Source: Phyllosticta citribraziliensis (lineage: Eukaryota). Taken from it: a stretch of DNA of 64,000 bases. Positions 13,346 to 25,426 of the stretch are shown one piece after another. Within the stretch, counting starts at the first letter, position 1, and each line of letters starts with the position of its first letter. The stretch spans positions 496,001-560,000 of the forward strand of contig NW_027117352.1 of assembly GCF_038025025.1 (NCBI RefSeq). Direction: 5' to 3'. The position numbers were made by a program, and so were the translations under genes. The notes beneath the pieces were generated by a model, which did no database searches, had not been told where the DNA came from, and saw nothing but the letters and a program-made list of their open reading frames with translations.

Positions 13346-16300
13346 TGTGGATTCCGACAATAACCCTTTATCCTTCGTTGCTTTGAACACTATTACGAGC
13401 TGCGTTGGCCTGACAAGACGCGTGTTCATGGGAGCAGAGCGACTCGTTACCGCTTTGGGCAAGTTGTGGCGTTTTACTTGGTTCTCCGCGGCGGCCAAGC
13501 ACTGAGTGAGCATGCACACGCTGGCAAGCAACTTCGCCAACAGCCTTCAGCGCTTCCGCCGGCTGGCGCCGTTGTGCTTCGCCTTGTCTCTCTCCTCCCA
13601 GTCGTCCCGCCTTGAAAGTTTCGCGCGCGTCGCTGTGCGCATATTGTGGTGGTGCTGGCAGTCGTTGCTTTGTCGTCACTTAACCACTCGCTCCCTCAAT
13701 CTATTACCTTGCTCTCTCTCCCGCTCCGCGCCAAGTCTGACACCTTCATGCACGCATGTGCCCAGCTCCAGCCCACATCTAGACTCCGCTGCGCTCCGCT
13801 CCCCTTTCCTCCCTTCCTCCCTTCGTCTCAGACAAGCACAAATTGCGCAATCTAGTATGCACGACCACGTCTGTAAAATCTGGGATGTCGTGGATTTTCT
13901 TGCACGCATGGGGGGGTCTGACGACTGCTCCACGTAGACGTGATGAGCTGCTGCTTGGCTTTTCTTTTCGGCGGCATCCCTGCTCGCTGGCTGGCTAGCT
14001 GCCTTTAGTAGACTTGGCTGCGCGCGCTTGGCTTACTCTTGGTGTGCGGGAAAGATGTTTTTGCCGCCCCGTCGTATCTGGTCTCATCCTCAAATGCTAT
14101 CGTGCTCCAAGGGACTCTGGGAATCTTGGTCACGTCATGTACACGTTTTGAGTTGCTTGTTCGAATACAAAATAAGCCTCCAGCACAATTTGGGGCCCGC
14201 AAAGGAGGCCCCTGTTGGGCAGTTTTCATCAAGAGCACACTCACAAGTGCTCTCATGGCCAATAATTGTGCGTGTAAGCGTTCCGTCTGGATTTGACCAC
14301 TACAGGATAGATACATGAGGCTCGATGCGGCTCGCGTGGCTTGTGGCCCGGTTGCTAGCTCCAAAGAGCAGTGAAAGTGCAGGGAGTGTGGTCGTGAAAA
14401 AAAGAGGGGGGGGGGAGGGAAAAAATACGCGCGTGCCGGCGCCGCTGGTTTCCTGTTTGATGCTTTGGCTGCCGCCACGGTAGTTTTGACGGACATGATG
14501 ATGCCATCGACGATAAGACTAGCCATCGGTTCCATTTGTACTAACTCGCTCGACTACCGCGTTTTTCTTCCACCATGCCTGAATCCATACTGCTGTCCTT
14601 CATCAATGAGTTTGATATAGGCCAACTTGCGGACTTAACGGCTACTTGGGGCATGCGGCAGTGCTCGTTGTGCAGCTTAATCCGTCAAGTCGGCCGGTTC
14701 GAGGGTTGCGGGGGCGTGGCCTGCAAGAAGAAGAGAGAAGGGTTGTGTCGGGAGGGCTTGGTACATTCGTGGTCGTGGAGTTTGTCGTGAATACTTGCGC
14801 GAATCTGAATTTGTCTGCGCCGTGTTGCCTGCAGACACGGTCCGGTCAATGGGAATCTGGTTAGGAGAAGGGAAGGAGAAAAGGGGCTGGGCGGACAGTA
14901 GCACGGTCTGTGGTGGATGGAGTCTGCTGAGCTGACGAGACGCTGTGGCTGCTTTGCGACTTGGTTGTGTCGGTTCCCCTCTCGCTGCTGGTCAACATTG
15001 CATCGCCACGCTAGCATTATCTCTGCTTTGTATTGCTAGAATCGAGGATTGAGATGCATGGCGGCACGCTGTTGCTTGAGCGCTTCGAAATGTCTGCAAG
15101 AGTCCTAAGCACGTTGCTTGTCCTTCACTTTCGCAATGCGTCGTGCCCGACGTTCTCTCTGCTCATTCATGTGGGATTGGATAATTGTTTTCGTGGCAGG
15201 TGGTCCAATGTTGCGCTCGTCGCGCCAGCGAGGGTGGTTTTCGTCAACGTGGGTTGGAAGGAGAACGAAGAATTGCTGGCCCTTCAAAAAAAATCGAATA
15301 GACGAGATGTTGGCTGGTGTCGACAATCTGCGCTCGCAGCTTCCGAGTGTAGTCGGCCCCTGAGCAGCGGAACATTCTACTCTCTACCTCCAAGTATTTT
15401 GTGAGAGCAGTGCAATGTGCCACATGGCGAAAGCAAAGTGTGGTTGCAAAGACTGATGCTCGTCCACTTCAAAGCGCAGCATCACAGCAAACAAGGAAGC
15501 GTCTTGCTCCCAGAACAGAGGATAGACACCGCTTGCCGCCCCCTTGCCGCCTGTGTGCTACATGCCGCATATCCTCCGGCTCAAACCTCCCACCATGTGG
15601 AAGCTTCCACGTCGTTCGCGGCGCGAGTCTAGTCGCCACTGTAGTGTACCAGGACCAGGGTCTGTCGGCGTGGCCGAAACGGCAGAAGTTCATCTACAAG
15701 CTCACGAATGCACCTAAACTCAATACGGCTCCTTCTTTGTCCGGGGTTTGATGCAGGTCAGATAGCGCCGTTGGCTGGTACGGTGCGGTACGCCTGACTC
15801 TGGAATGTGTAGCTCGCCGTCGAAGGCAAATGTAAATCATGGACAGCCACTCAGACTATTTGGGACAAACAAGGCAGAGCTGGGAGGGCACGCGAAAAGC
15901 TTGCGCGTGGGTGAGCTGCGTGTAATAATGCAAGTGTTGAGCATGCGGTCTTTGCAGCTGGCCGACACTTGTGCTGCGTATGGACCATCGAACAGCTGGT
16001 CTCTGGCAAGTTGCTGTTGTTTTGGCCCTGGTCAGGGGATGACCGGGAGCGATGTTGACGCACGCTAAGGAATCTAGTCACTTACACGAGTAGCTTCTAA
16101 ACACTGGGGCTTGGGCCTACAGGACGTTGATTACTATTTTTTTGCTTCTCGAAATGAAATGTTCAGGCGACCGTCTTCGTAAATCAAATAGCTTGACCAC
16201 ATTGGGTGCCGGACACATCTACCGAGAGCACACCTTTTATGATATGGAGGAAGCCTCACGGCATCTACCATTCCAAATTCTCTCATGTCGACTTGTGGAG

Positions 16301-18495
16301 AGCCCGGTTCTAATTTGATCTGTTGTCCGGCATGTCGTTTGCCAGCTCAGTTGGCTGACCGAAGAGTCAGTGACGTCCGAAGGCTTTCCGTGAAGCTGAC
16401 CGAGAATGAGAAATGCATGATCGGTGACCAGGACATGTATCTTTTCGAAGCGAGAGCTGTCACCTGTGGCCGACTCCCGGGTCCCTGTGATCCTCTCGGG
16501 GGGCAAAGCTTTAGTGCGGAGAGCCCGGACGAGTTGCGGACTTCCCAATCCTGACCCAAGAAAATGCCCAAACAGCAAGAACACCATGAGGCGAGGAATG
16601 CCTTGGAGCACGTTTGCGGGTCTGACATTTGATTCAACATTTCTTTCGTAAGGAGTTTTCGGCAAGCCAGTCGTCGAAGGGTCTGTGTGTCATGAACGTC
16701 TCGAGAAGTAGAACAGGGACGAAAGCTCAACAAGGCCAAATTCAGGCCTGAGAGAAGCCGGAGAAAATTTATTTTGCAGACAAGGTATCAGGAAGTCCAG
16801 CGGTCCTTGGAGAATACTCCCATATATCGAGTTCCCTTCGCTCAGCGAGTTATACGGCGGAGCTCAGTCAACGATGAGGGGTCCAATCGATTAGAAGATT
16901 GATTGGAAAAAGGAGATCCAACACGATTGCAAAATACTGACTTTGATTGAAAATTCCTCTTTGATGCTCGCTTGTAATGCCCCTTGTTGGCAGCGAATCC
17001 AAATAGTTATCGCCAGAAAGCGGGGAACAAATTCGAGACATCCATGCATAGTCCGCGCCAGCTTGAATGTGCAACATAGGCAACCGTTGAGTCTCCGTGT
17101 AGTCCCCGTCTCCGCAGAATGGGTTTTTGGGACGGGTCTTATCTCGGTCGCCGTCGGGGCCTGGTAGATCTGGGAGTCAAACTATCCTGTAAAAATCTTC
17201 AGGCCATTTCTTTAGCCTCAGAGAAGGAAGGCTGCCGTCAAAGGCTGAGCATTAGAACGAGGCTTTTACCCATCTTATACTTGGCGACGGACGGGAAGAC
17301 ACTTCAGATTACTATTTCAGCGACTCTCCCCCCACATCTTTAGCTAAATGCGGTCACTGTGGTTCAAGTTATGGTGCACTTGAGCCTGATTTGCGATAGC
17401 GTTTGACTGCTTAGTGAAAAAAAAAAAAAAAAAAAATTTGATTACTTTCTTGCCGAGGCTCAAAGGAAAACTCCGCAGTAGACAGGAAAAAGGACGAAGA
17501 TGGGGGCAGGGGAGATTCCCGCATCTCGCTGGGATATGGACATATCGAAGCCTCCGCCGGACGAGTGTTCAGGAATCTCCAGTGGGGGAAAAAGTAGGTA
17601 AGCGTGAGTAGTCGAGCAGTTGTTACTTTCTCAGCCTAAGCATATTGCAACTATGGCGGGAACGCACGCATGAAAGGGGTCGGTCGGGAGCGGGTAGTTG
17701 GCTTCCGGAAGTCCGAGGTTACCTATGTTACGCGACCATCCCGACGGAACACCTCAACACCCAGCCCACCGTTTGCAACAACCGACCGGACTCTTCCAAC
17801 CAGGATTTCGATCCACTAGCACCACTCCCACGATGGATACCTTTTGCCTGTTTGTCGATGGCATGCGGTGAATGGCGTTACGGCGGGCGCTCGTCCATTA
17901 AACTCGACACGTCGGCCGACCGCCATCCCGTGAAACACTCCAACAAACTCCATCAGTCACTCTGATTGCTTCTAGAAAAATTCCATAGGACACCAAATCG
18001 GCGACGTCGACGGGTGCTGAATAAGCGCAAAGCATGACTAGTCGTAGCGCGGGTCGCGGGCCTTTTTTGCCCAGTTTGTTTTTATCCAGCTACAAGCCTT
18101 CGAACTACACTTGAGGCTCGGCTGGACATCCTAGAGCTTAGATTTCATTGGCCACACGATTCAGGGCAAAAGATGTTTATGGGAAGGGGATCACTTGCAA
18201 GGACAAGGTAGGTAAAGTGGCTGACGTGCGTCCTTGGCGAGTTTCTCGACAGGTAATTTGCACAAAAGTTTCTGCCAGCCATCACTCTAAGTGCGGGCTC
18301 GAGCGGAAGTTGACTTTGGCCTTGTACTATGGCATTGGCTTGGAGTATTTGTAAATCCATGATGCTGCTGCAACTCCAAGCCAGGACAGCCGGGTCACGA
18401 CAAAAACCAGATCCTCTTCGTCGCTCGCTTGTCATAAACTGCCAAACACCTATGACATTGGTTTGAGTTGTTTCCATTCTTTTCAGACGCTCACC

Positions 18496-21255
18496 ATGCC
18501 TAGGTCGCATACGTTCTTTCTCTCCTTCGTCCTTCTGCTGTGCACCTTTGCACTTGCAGCGGCCAGAGAAGGTCGAGCAGCACCACACCAGGTTGAGGAT
18601 CTTGCCGGACTACGACGGGACATTGAACACCAGCCCATCGGCAAACCGAAGCCGCACGCGAAGCGTCAAGTACAGGTTTCGGACACGACGGTTGACGTTA
18701 CTGTGTCCTCATCCTTTTCATCGTCATCATCGTCTTCTGAGGGGTGTTCTCCTTACTGGCTTGAGAATCTGCCTCACCAAGGAATTTCACCTTTTGCAAA
18801 CAACTCGGGCTCTTACAAAGTCTTCCGCAATGTCAAGGACTATGGTGCCAAAGGCAAGTCACCCACTCCGGGTATCGTTTTTATGAAATCTGCTGACTGG
18901 ATTACAAGGTGACGGAATCACGGATGATGCAGATGCAATCAACCTCGCCATCAGTGACGGCATGAGGTGTGAGCCGGGAATCTGCAACTCCAGCACGACC
19001 ACTCCGGCGCTGGTCTATTTCCCTGCTGTAAGATATTCTGTCTGGCTGACAGAACTGCACTAACACTAATCTAGGGAACTTACATTGTCTCCAAGTCCAT
19101 CATTGACTACTACTACACCCAGCTAATTGGTAATCCAAACTGTCCACCCCTGCTCAAGGCCACGGCCAACTTCACTGGCCTTGGTGTCATTGATGGCAAC
19201 AAGTACGGAGAAAAGGGGACGCTCTCCTACAAGGCCATCGGCGTCTTCTTACGTCAGATCCGCAACTTTGTCATTGACATCACCAACATTCCGGCAAACG
19301 CCACTGCTACTCCTACTGGAATTCACTGGCCAACGTCTCAGGGAACTGTCATCCAAAATGTCGTCTTCCAAATGTCGAGGCGCCCCGGGTCTCAGCAACA
19401 GGGCATTTTCATGGAAGAAGGTACGTGGGTCGAGCTTCTTTGGTAGACTGTGTCTGACGCACTCAGGATCCGGTGGCTTCATGGCCGACTTGGTTTTCTA
19501 CGGCGGAAGGGCCGGGGCTCAATGGGGCAATCAACAATACACCATGCGCAATCTGTCTTTCTACGGTTGCGAGACGGCCATTGACCACCTCTGGGACTGG
19601 GGATGGTACTACAAGAGCATCCACATCGAAGACTGCGGTATTGGAATCAACATGACAGCCCAGAGCCCTGAGAGCCAAAACATCGGATCCATTTCTTTTG
19701 TCGACAGCGAAATCATCAACACGGAAACCGCCTTCAGGACGTCGCGCGATGAGTTTTCCCAGCCTCCGACGGGTGGTAGTCTGATCATCGAGAATGTCAA
19801 CTTCACCAACGTCAAGAACATTGTTACCGGTCCAAAAGAATCCGTGACCTTGCCTGGCTCTTCAGGAACCACGTTCATCGACGCTTGGGGCCAAGGACAC
19901 TGGTACAACCCGGCAGGACCAGTCAAGTTTGAAGGCTACTTTCCGCCAAACGAACGGCCGTCAAGCTTGAAGGATGGCAGCAGCAAGTACTTCGAGTACT
20001 CGCGGCCGTCGTATGCTGAGCTGACTGTCGCGGATGTCATTTCTGCCCGCGATTATGGAGCCAAGGGCGATGGAACGACCGACGACACGAGTGCTCTCCA
20101 ACGCGCCGTCATCTACGCCGTCAAGAACAACAAACTTCTCTTTGTTGACGCTGGTAGCTACATTGTGACGAGGACACTCTACTTTCCCGCTGGACTTCGA
20201 ATCACCGGAGAAGCCTATTCGGTCATTCTCTCTACAGGCTCGTACTTTGCCGACATTGACGTACCTCGTCCTGTCGTGCAGATCGGTCTTCCAGGCGAAC
20301 TTGGAAGAATCGAATGGACGGACATGGTTGTTTCCGGTCAGGGACCTCAGGCCGGCGCCATCCTCATCGAATACAACCTCAAGTCTCCCGAATCCCACCC
20401 GGCTGGAATCTGGGATGTGCACACGCGACTTGGAGGCTTCACGGGCTCACGTATGGGGCTCAATGACTGCCCCAAGGCCCCCGGCACCAGCTTGACCCCG
20501 GAGACGGAGAACCCAAACTGCTTCTCCGCCTTTATGAATATGCACATTACTCCTTCGGCTGCTGGCCTATACATCGAAAATGTCTGGCTCTGGACCGCCG
20601 ATCAGGCTATCGACGAGGGCGGTGCTGACTTCAAGATCAATGTCTACACTGGACGCGGTATCTGGATCGACCGTGTTAGCGGGCCTCTCTGGCTTATCGC
20701 CACGGGCGCCGAGCATTGCAACAAGTACCAGTACCAAGTCACCGGGTCCAAGGACATCTTCATCGGGTTCGGGCAGACCGAGAGTCCTTATTTCCAACCT
20801 TGGTCGGACGCAAACGACGTCTGGACATCGCTTCCTGGGCTAGACGACCCAGTCTTTGCGGACCAGGAGTCGGCCTGGGGTATGCGCATCGTTAACAGCG
20901 AAGTCCTGTTGTACGGTGCCGGATGGTACAGTTTCTTTAACGACTATGACGACTGTAAGTGTTCCCTTTTGGTCCCTCATGAATCGAGCTAACGCCTGGG
21001 ACAGCGAAATGTGCGCAGCCTCCGGGTGGCCAGTGCCAGAGCCGCATCTTCAGCATCGAGCAGGACAGTCAAGTCACGGTGTACGGTCTGAACACCGTCG
21101 GCACTGCAGACATGATCACAAAGGACGATGTCCCGATTGCCAACTTCGCCGACAACCAGAACAACTTCACGCAGACCGTCATGTTCTACAGGACTCCAAA
21201 GGATCCCAAGGTATCTGGGGCGGACAACGAGGAACAGGTAGACTGCAAGTGCTAG
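18496..21255 (+). CDS. Secreted GH55 exo-beta-1,3-glucanase (two pectate-lyase-3-type beta-helix repeats)
   Basis: Signal peptide MPRSHTFFLSFVLLLCTFALA; YWLENLPHQG..YKVFRNVKDYGAKGDG.TDD, GIHWP, SGGFMADLVFYGG..GNQQYTMRNL, second GAKGDGTTDDT, ENVWLWTADQ, QTESPYFQP; introns 18854-18908 (GC-AG), 19028-19074, 19421-19466, 20955-21004; TAG at 21253-21255. Confidence 0.93.
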
Positions 21256-24200
21256 GTTTCTTCTTTTTCTTGTCTGACAAATGCTTTTTCCCGTTCTTCG
21301 CTTGGAAATTTAGTTTGAAAACCGGTAATTATTGGTTGTAGTATTGAATGGATATTCCCATCACAGATTGCATTCCCAAGAACGACATCTTTCTCACCAC
21401 TTCATTCGAGATTAACGCAAAAACAAACCCACTTTCACTCCTTAAAAAGGCCTTAAACAGACCCGCGATACCAAGAAGCCTCGTATAAGGCATAATTCCG
21501 AGAATAGTCAGCGCCCGGTCCGAGGCCGAACGAACGGGGATAGGATTCGCGAGCACGCTTGCAGGGGTCCAGAGAAGAGGTTCTTACCGTGGGGCTCCGC
21601 TCTTGAGCTGCTTAAAGTTTCCATCATCGTGCGGGACTGCCCGGGTCCCTGTTACAACTTGAACAGATACTGCACATCAGGCTCTTTGACGTACATTTGA
21701 GCCGCCCGTTTCTCTACGCAAAGAAGTTTGCCATGGCGGACTCAGACCGTTGACCGACCAACAGCAGTCAACAACTGCTGAGAATGACGCGCTGTTACTC
21801 TCGCCAAGTTGAAATCCTCTAGTCCTGGTGTCAGGTACACAAGCTTTTTCTTGGTATGAAGAATCGAAGCCTCAGCATATTTATTTGAAACTTAGCCACC
21901 GACAAAGCAAAATAGGCGCTTCTTACTGCCTTAAATGATATGCCTATCGCCTTGCAGCTAAGACCAGCGGCAAACATTCCCATTTGCAACTAGGCAAAGA
22001 GACTCATTTCTGAGCGCCTAGATATCCTTTCTCAGAATGCTACATTGCTCATGCCTCAGCCTTCCAAAAGTTACCAAGAAGTCGAGTCTAATTGTCCTTG
22101 AATCACTCTTTCTATCGCTTCTACAACACCATCTCTTCAAATGTTTGGTCTCCGAGAGCATTCGCAGTACGGCCATTATGTCGAAGCATACATCTATACA
22201 GGTGACCGCCGCCCAGGGACTCAATCGACCCAACGCCTCTTTTCCTCCTTGATCACTCTCGCGGACATTTTGGCCGCAGTCTGAACAACAAAGACCGCTT
22301 TAATTCAAGCTGCTCACCCAACCCCGCACATATGCTTCGAGAAGAAAGATCTAGCGTGGAACACTTGATCCAGCTCCAGCATGCTTTCACTGAGGCGTTC
22401 ACATCTACTCGGTAGCCTGGAAACATTTACTCAATTGGGAATGAATGAATGGTCTTCGAAGATATCTTTTCCGCTCTCTCGACGCCAGCCTCCAGCAACC
22501 TCCAAAACTCAAGGGAGTACGAGCAGCCTTCCAATGAATGCAAAGAGAGTACGACGCACCGTCTCAACCCCCCGCCAAGATGACGATCTCCGCAGGCGCA
22601 GTCCCGCTCCCAAGTCGAACAAGCTTTCGGAGAAGACCATCTGCCAAGACGAGTGATCGAGACGAGAGACGCGGAATGAGTCTTCAAGTTTGCGCAGCAT
22701 GGTGTTGAAGGTGGCTGGACGCTTGCCTGAACAACTAACTGTAGACGAAGAGGCGCGGCCGGCTACAAAAAGAGCCGGCATTTCGTCTCGGTAGCGCCAG
22801 AATTTACCTCATGGCACTGACTCGGCCGGTGATGCCGGTGATGTGGGGCCGAGATGGTTCAAAAGACCAGCGCCTCCTGCCAACTGCCGGACGTGAGCAT
22901 CGAGATGCTCCATCAAGTCTGCAGAGAAACGAGAACTCTTCCGATTGAGCGATTTGAAGCACCCAAGAAGCTACGTCATCTGCAAAACACGGGGGCAGGC
23001 TTGAATGCTCCATGACAAAAATATCCAGAGTCAATCTGCAAACACTTGCTTGTTGCCTTGACGAAGCTTCCATTTCTTCCACAGAAATTCCACGCCCTTG
23101 TCCAGCACATGGCGGAGCGATAAGAACTTGGCGAGCGCTAAATCGCTTGTCCCGCTCGCCAACCACCCTCCACTTTTCCGCCGCTTTTCAGATACGAATC
23201 GGAAGCCGGAACGAAGCCCTTCCTCACTCCTCCCTGCTCTGAAAATGTCTCCATCTGTCAGGCAGCAGTTCCCAAAACTTGTGTTGCAGTACTCCAGGAC
23301 ACGCAAAAGTCTGCTGTCTCCCGCATTTTACGCCAAGATATGGCTTGTTCTGAGTATGCCTGTCAACATCTATGGCGGGGGTTTTAATACTAAATCAACA
23401 CCAACGCTCTGATCAACTGCCGAAAGCGCGCCACGGCTTTGGGACCCAAGCCTTGCAGCTTGATATGGGTAGCCTAGCGGTGTTAGCGCCATCGTGACAT
23501 GACCGCTAGTAGGGGATCCCTACTTTCTTGGCACCAGTGTCTTGCATACCACTCTTACTACCCCCTGCACAATTAGGCGGATCGGGCGGCGGGAACCGAC
23601 CACAGGGACAAAACCCACTTCAGGACATTTGGATTTACGCCTCCCATTCCCAACCTACGATTCGACAAAGGCGTCTGTTAATCCGCATGTATCCGCATGT
23701 ATCCTCACAGAACTGAATTCTTGAAGTCACTTCCGCTCCACACAGCAATGCCAACACTTTGCGACTGTCGTCCAAGGAGAGATGCAGCGCACAATCTGCG
23801 CCTCTCAGACGCTTTTGCTACCGCACGAAGACAGTCCAGTGCTTCCATTGCCTTCCGCAATGGGTGTGGTGGTCTGTTAAGCGAACCCGGCGACGCACAC
23901 ATGGTTCGCATGTTCCGATTTCCGCAATGGTCTTGTGCCAGAAGACTTGCTGAGATGAAGGACAGAGGTTTCGAGATGGGGGAGAGACGACGCTCTTGCG
24001 GTCGTCGCCTTCAACTGAACCTTATCAAAGTCTGTCGCCCCCCCTCCGTTGGCCTTTCCACCAACATCACGATACTTTTAGGCCACAACTCCACTCGATC
24101 GCGGACAGTCAGCCCAAAGCATCCACGACGGACAAACATGTAGACATGCAGGCCTGCAGACGGGAATGAAAGAAACCGTCATGCACGCCCAAGCCCCGAC

Positions 24201-25426
24201 GCGAATCTCACGCTTCGCCTTCGGCTTCGTCACCAACGCACCCTTACCCGGACAACACCTCGTCGCCGCTTCACTCCACAACCTCACCCCCAGCCGCACT
24301 TCTTCATCCCAATCCTCATTCTCATCCTCACCCCCCTTCTCCTTCCCATCCCCAGTATTCAGCACCATCCAAGCTTCTAGCACAGCAGCGGCGAATATTG
24401 CAAATCACCACGTTCCAGAGTCCCCTCTATTCGCCGCTGCGTGTGACGGCGCGGGCGACAGGGATCTCCCGTGCCGCCTGCTGCCTGGCTCGATCGCCGT
24501 GACAGGGGTGTGCGAGATCTGGCGTTTGTCTGCAGTGTGCGTGGGGTCGTTTGACTTGCTTTTGATTCTTCCTTGCTCTGTGCTCTGTGCTCTCTGGTCG
24601 TTTGCGTGCGCGCGTCGACGACGTCGGAGCTGCTGCCGTTCGTGCGGTCTGCTGCAGTGTTGCGATGCTGAGGTTTCCAAAGTTTATTTTGGCTGGCTGC
24701 CTGTCTGCCTCTCCGTCTGTCTACCCACTGTCCAAACGCCTCTTCTCTTTATATCTGAACACATGTCCCTGGCCAGCGCTATTATACTCACATACGCCTG
24801 ATGGGCTGATCGGTTTTACGGGCGACGCGCGCGGTTGGTTGCGCTTCTGCGCTACCGGTATTGCAGACTTGGAGTTCTCTTCTCTCTCGCTCTCTCTCCA
24901 CATCTCTTCATCCCCCAAAGTCCGGCGACGTGTGTTTGTATGTGAGCAGACATCAACCCATTAACCCACGCACACCCCACTTCGCCCTCCACCCATCTCA
25001 ACAGTCGACCCAGAGATGAGCTGACATGGCGCCAGTATGACGGAAGTGGCGCGGGCAACGGATGGACGGCCGGGCACATGCGCGTCGGGATGGGATGGGA
25101 TGGGATGGGACAGGACCCTGCATATCCGCATACGTAGACGACCTCCAGTACCTATGTACCTGTGTGCCGACGCCATCGATTCACATTTACACAGGTACGG
25201 CGAGCTGGTCGATGGGTCTGGGCTTGTTTGCGATGAGGTGGGATAAGTCGCGTGGCTAGCTGGTTGAATGAGGGCGTAGAAGGACGGGAGAAGGCAGAAG
25301 AGAGGGATGATGTGGGAGAGGGCGTCGAGTACATAGATAGTGAAAGGCTGGCGTGGAAAAAGGAGGAGGCATAGTATTACCACCATGCCGGCGAGCTTCT
25401 CCGCTCCACTCGACCATCCAGGTCAG

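Noticed and set aside
17417..17436. A20 tract as a retroposon tail
   Set aside because: No target-site duplication or recognisable LINE/SINE body adjacent
23020..23120. ICKHL as a SWIM finger of a MULE transposase
   Set aside because: The upstream CxC is absent, the frame is bounded by stops and no DDE region is seen; too weak to call
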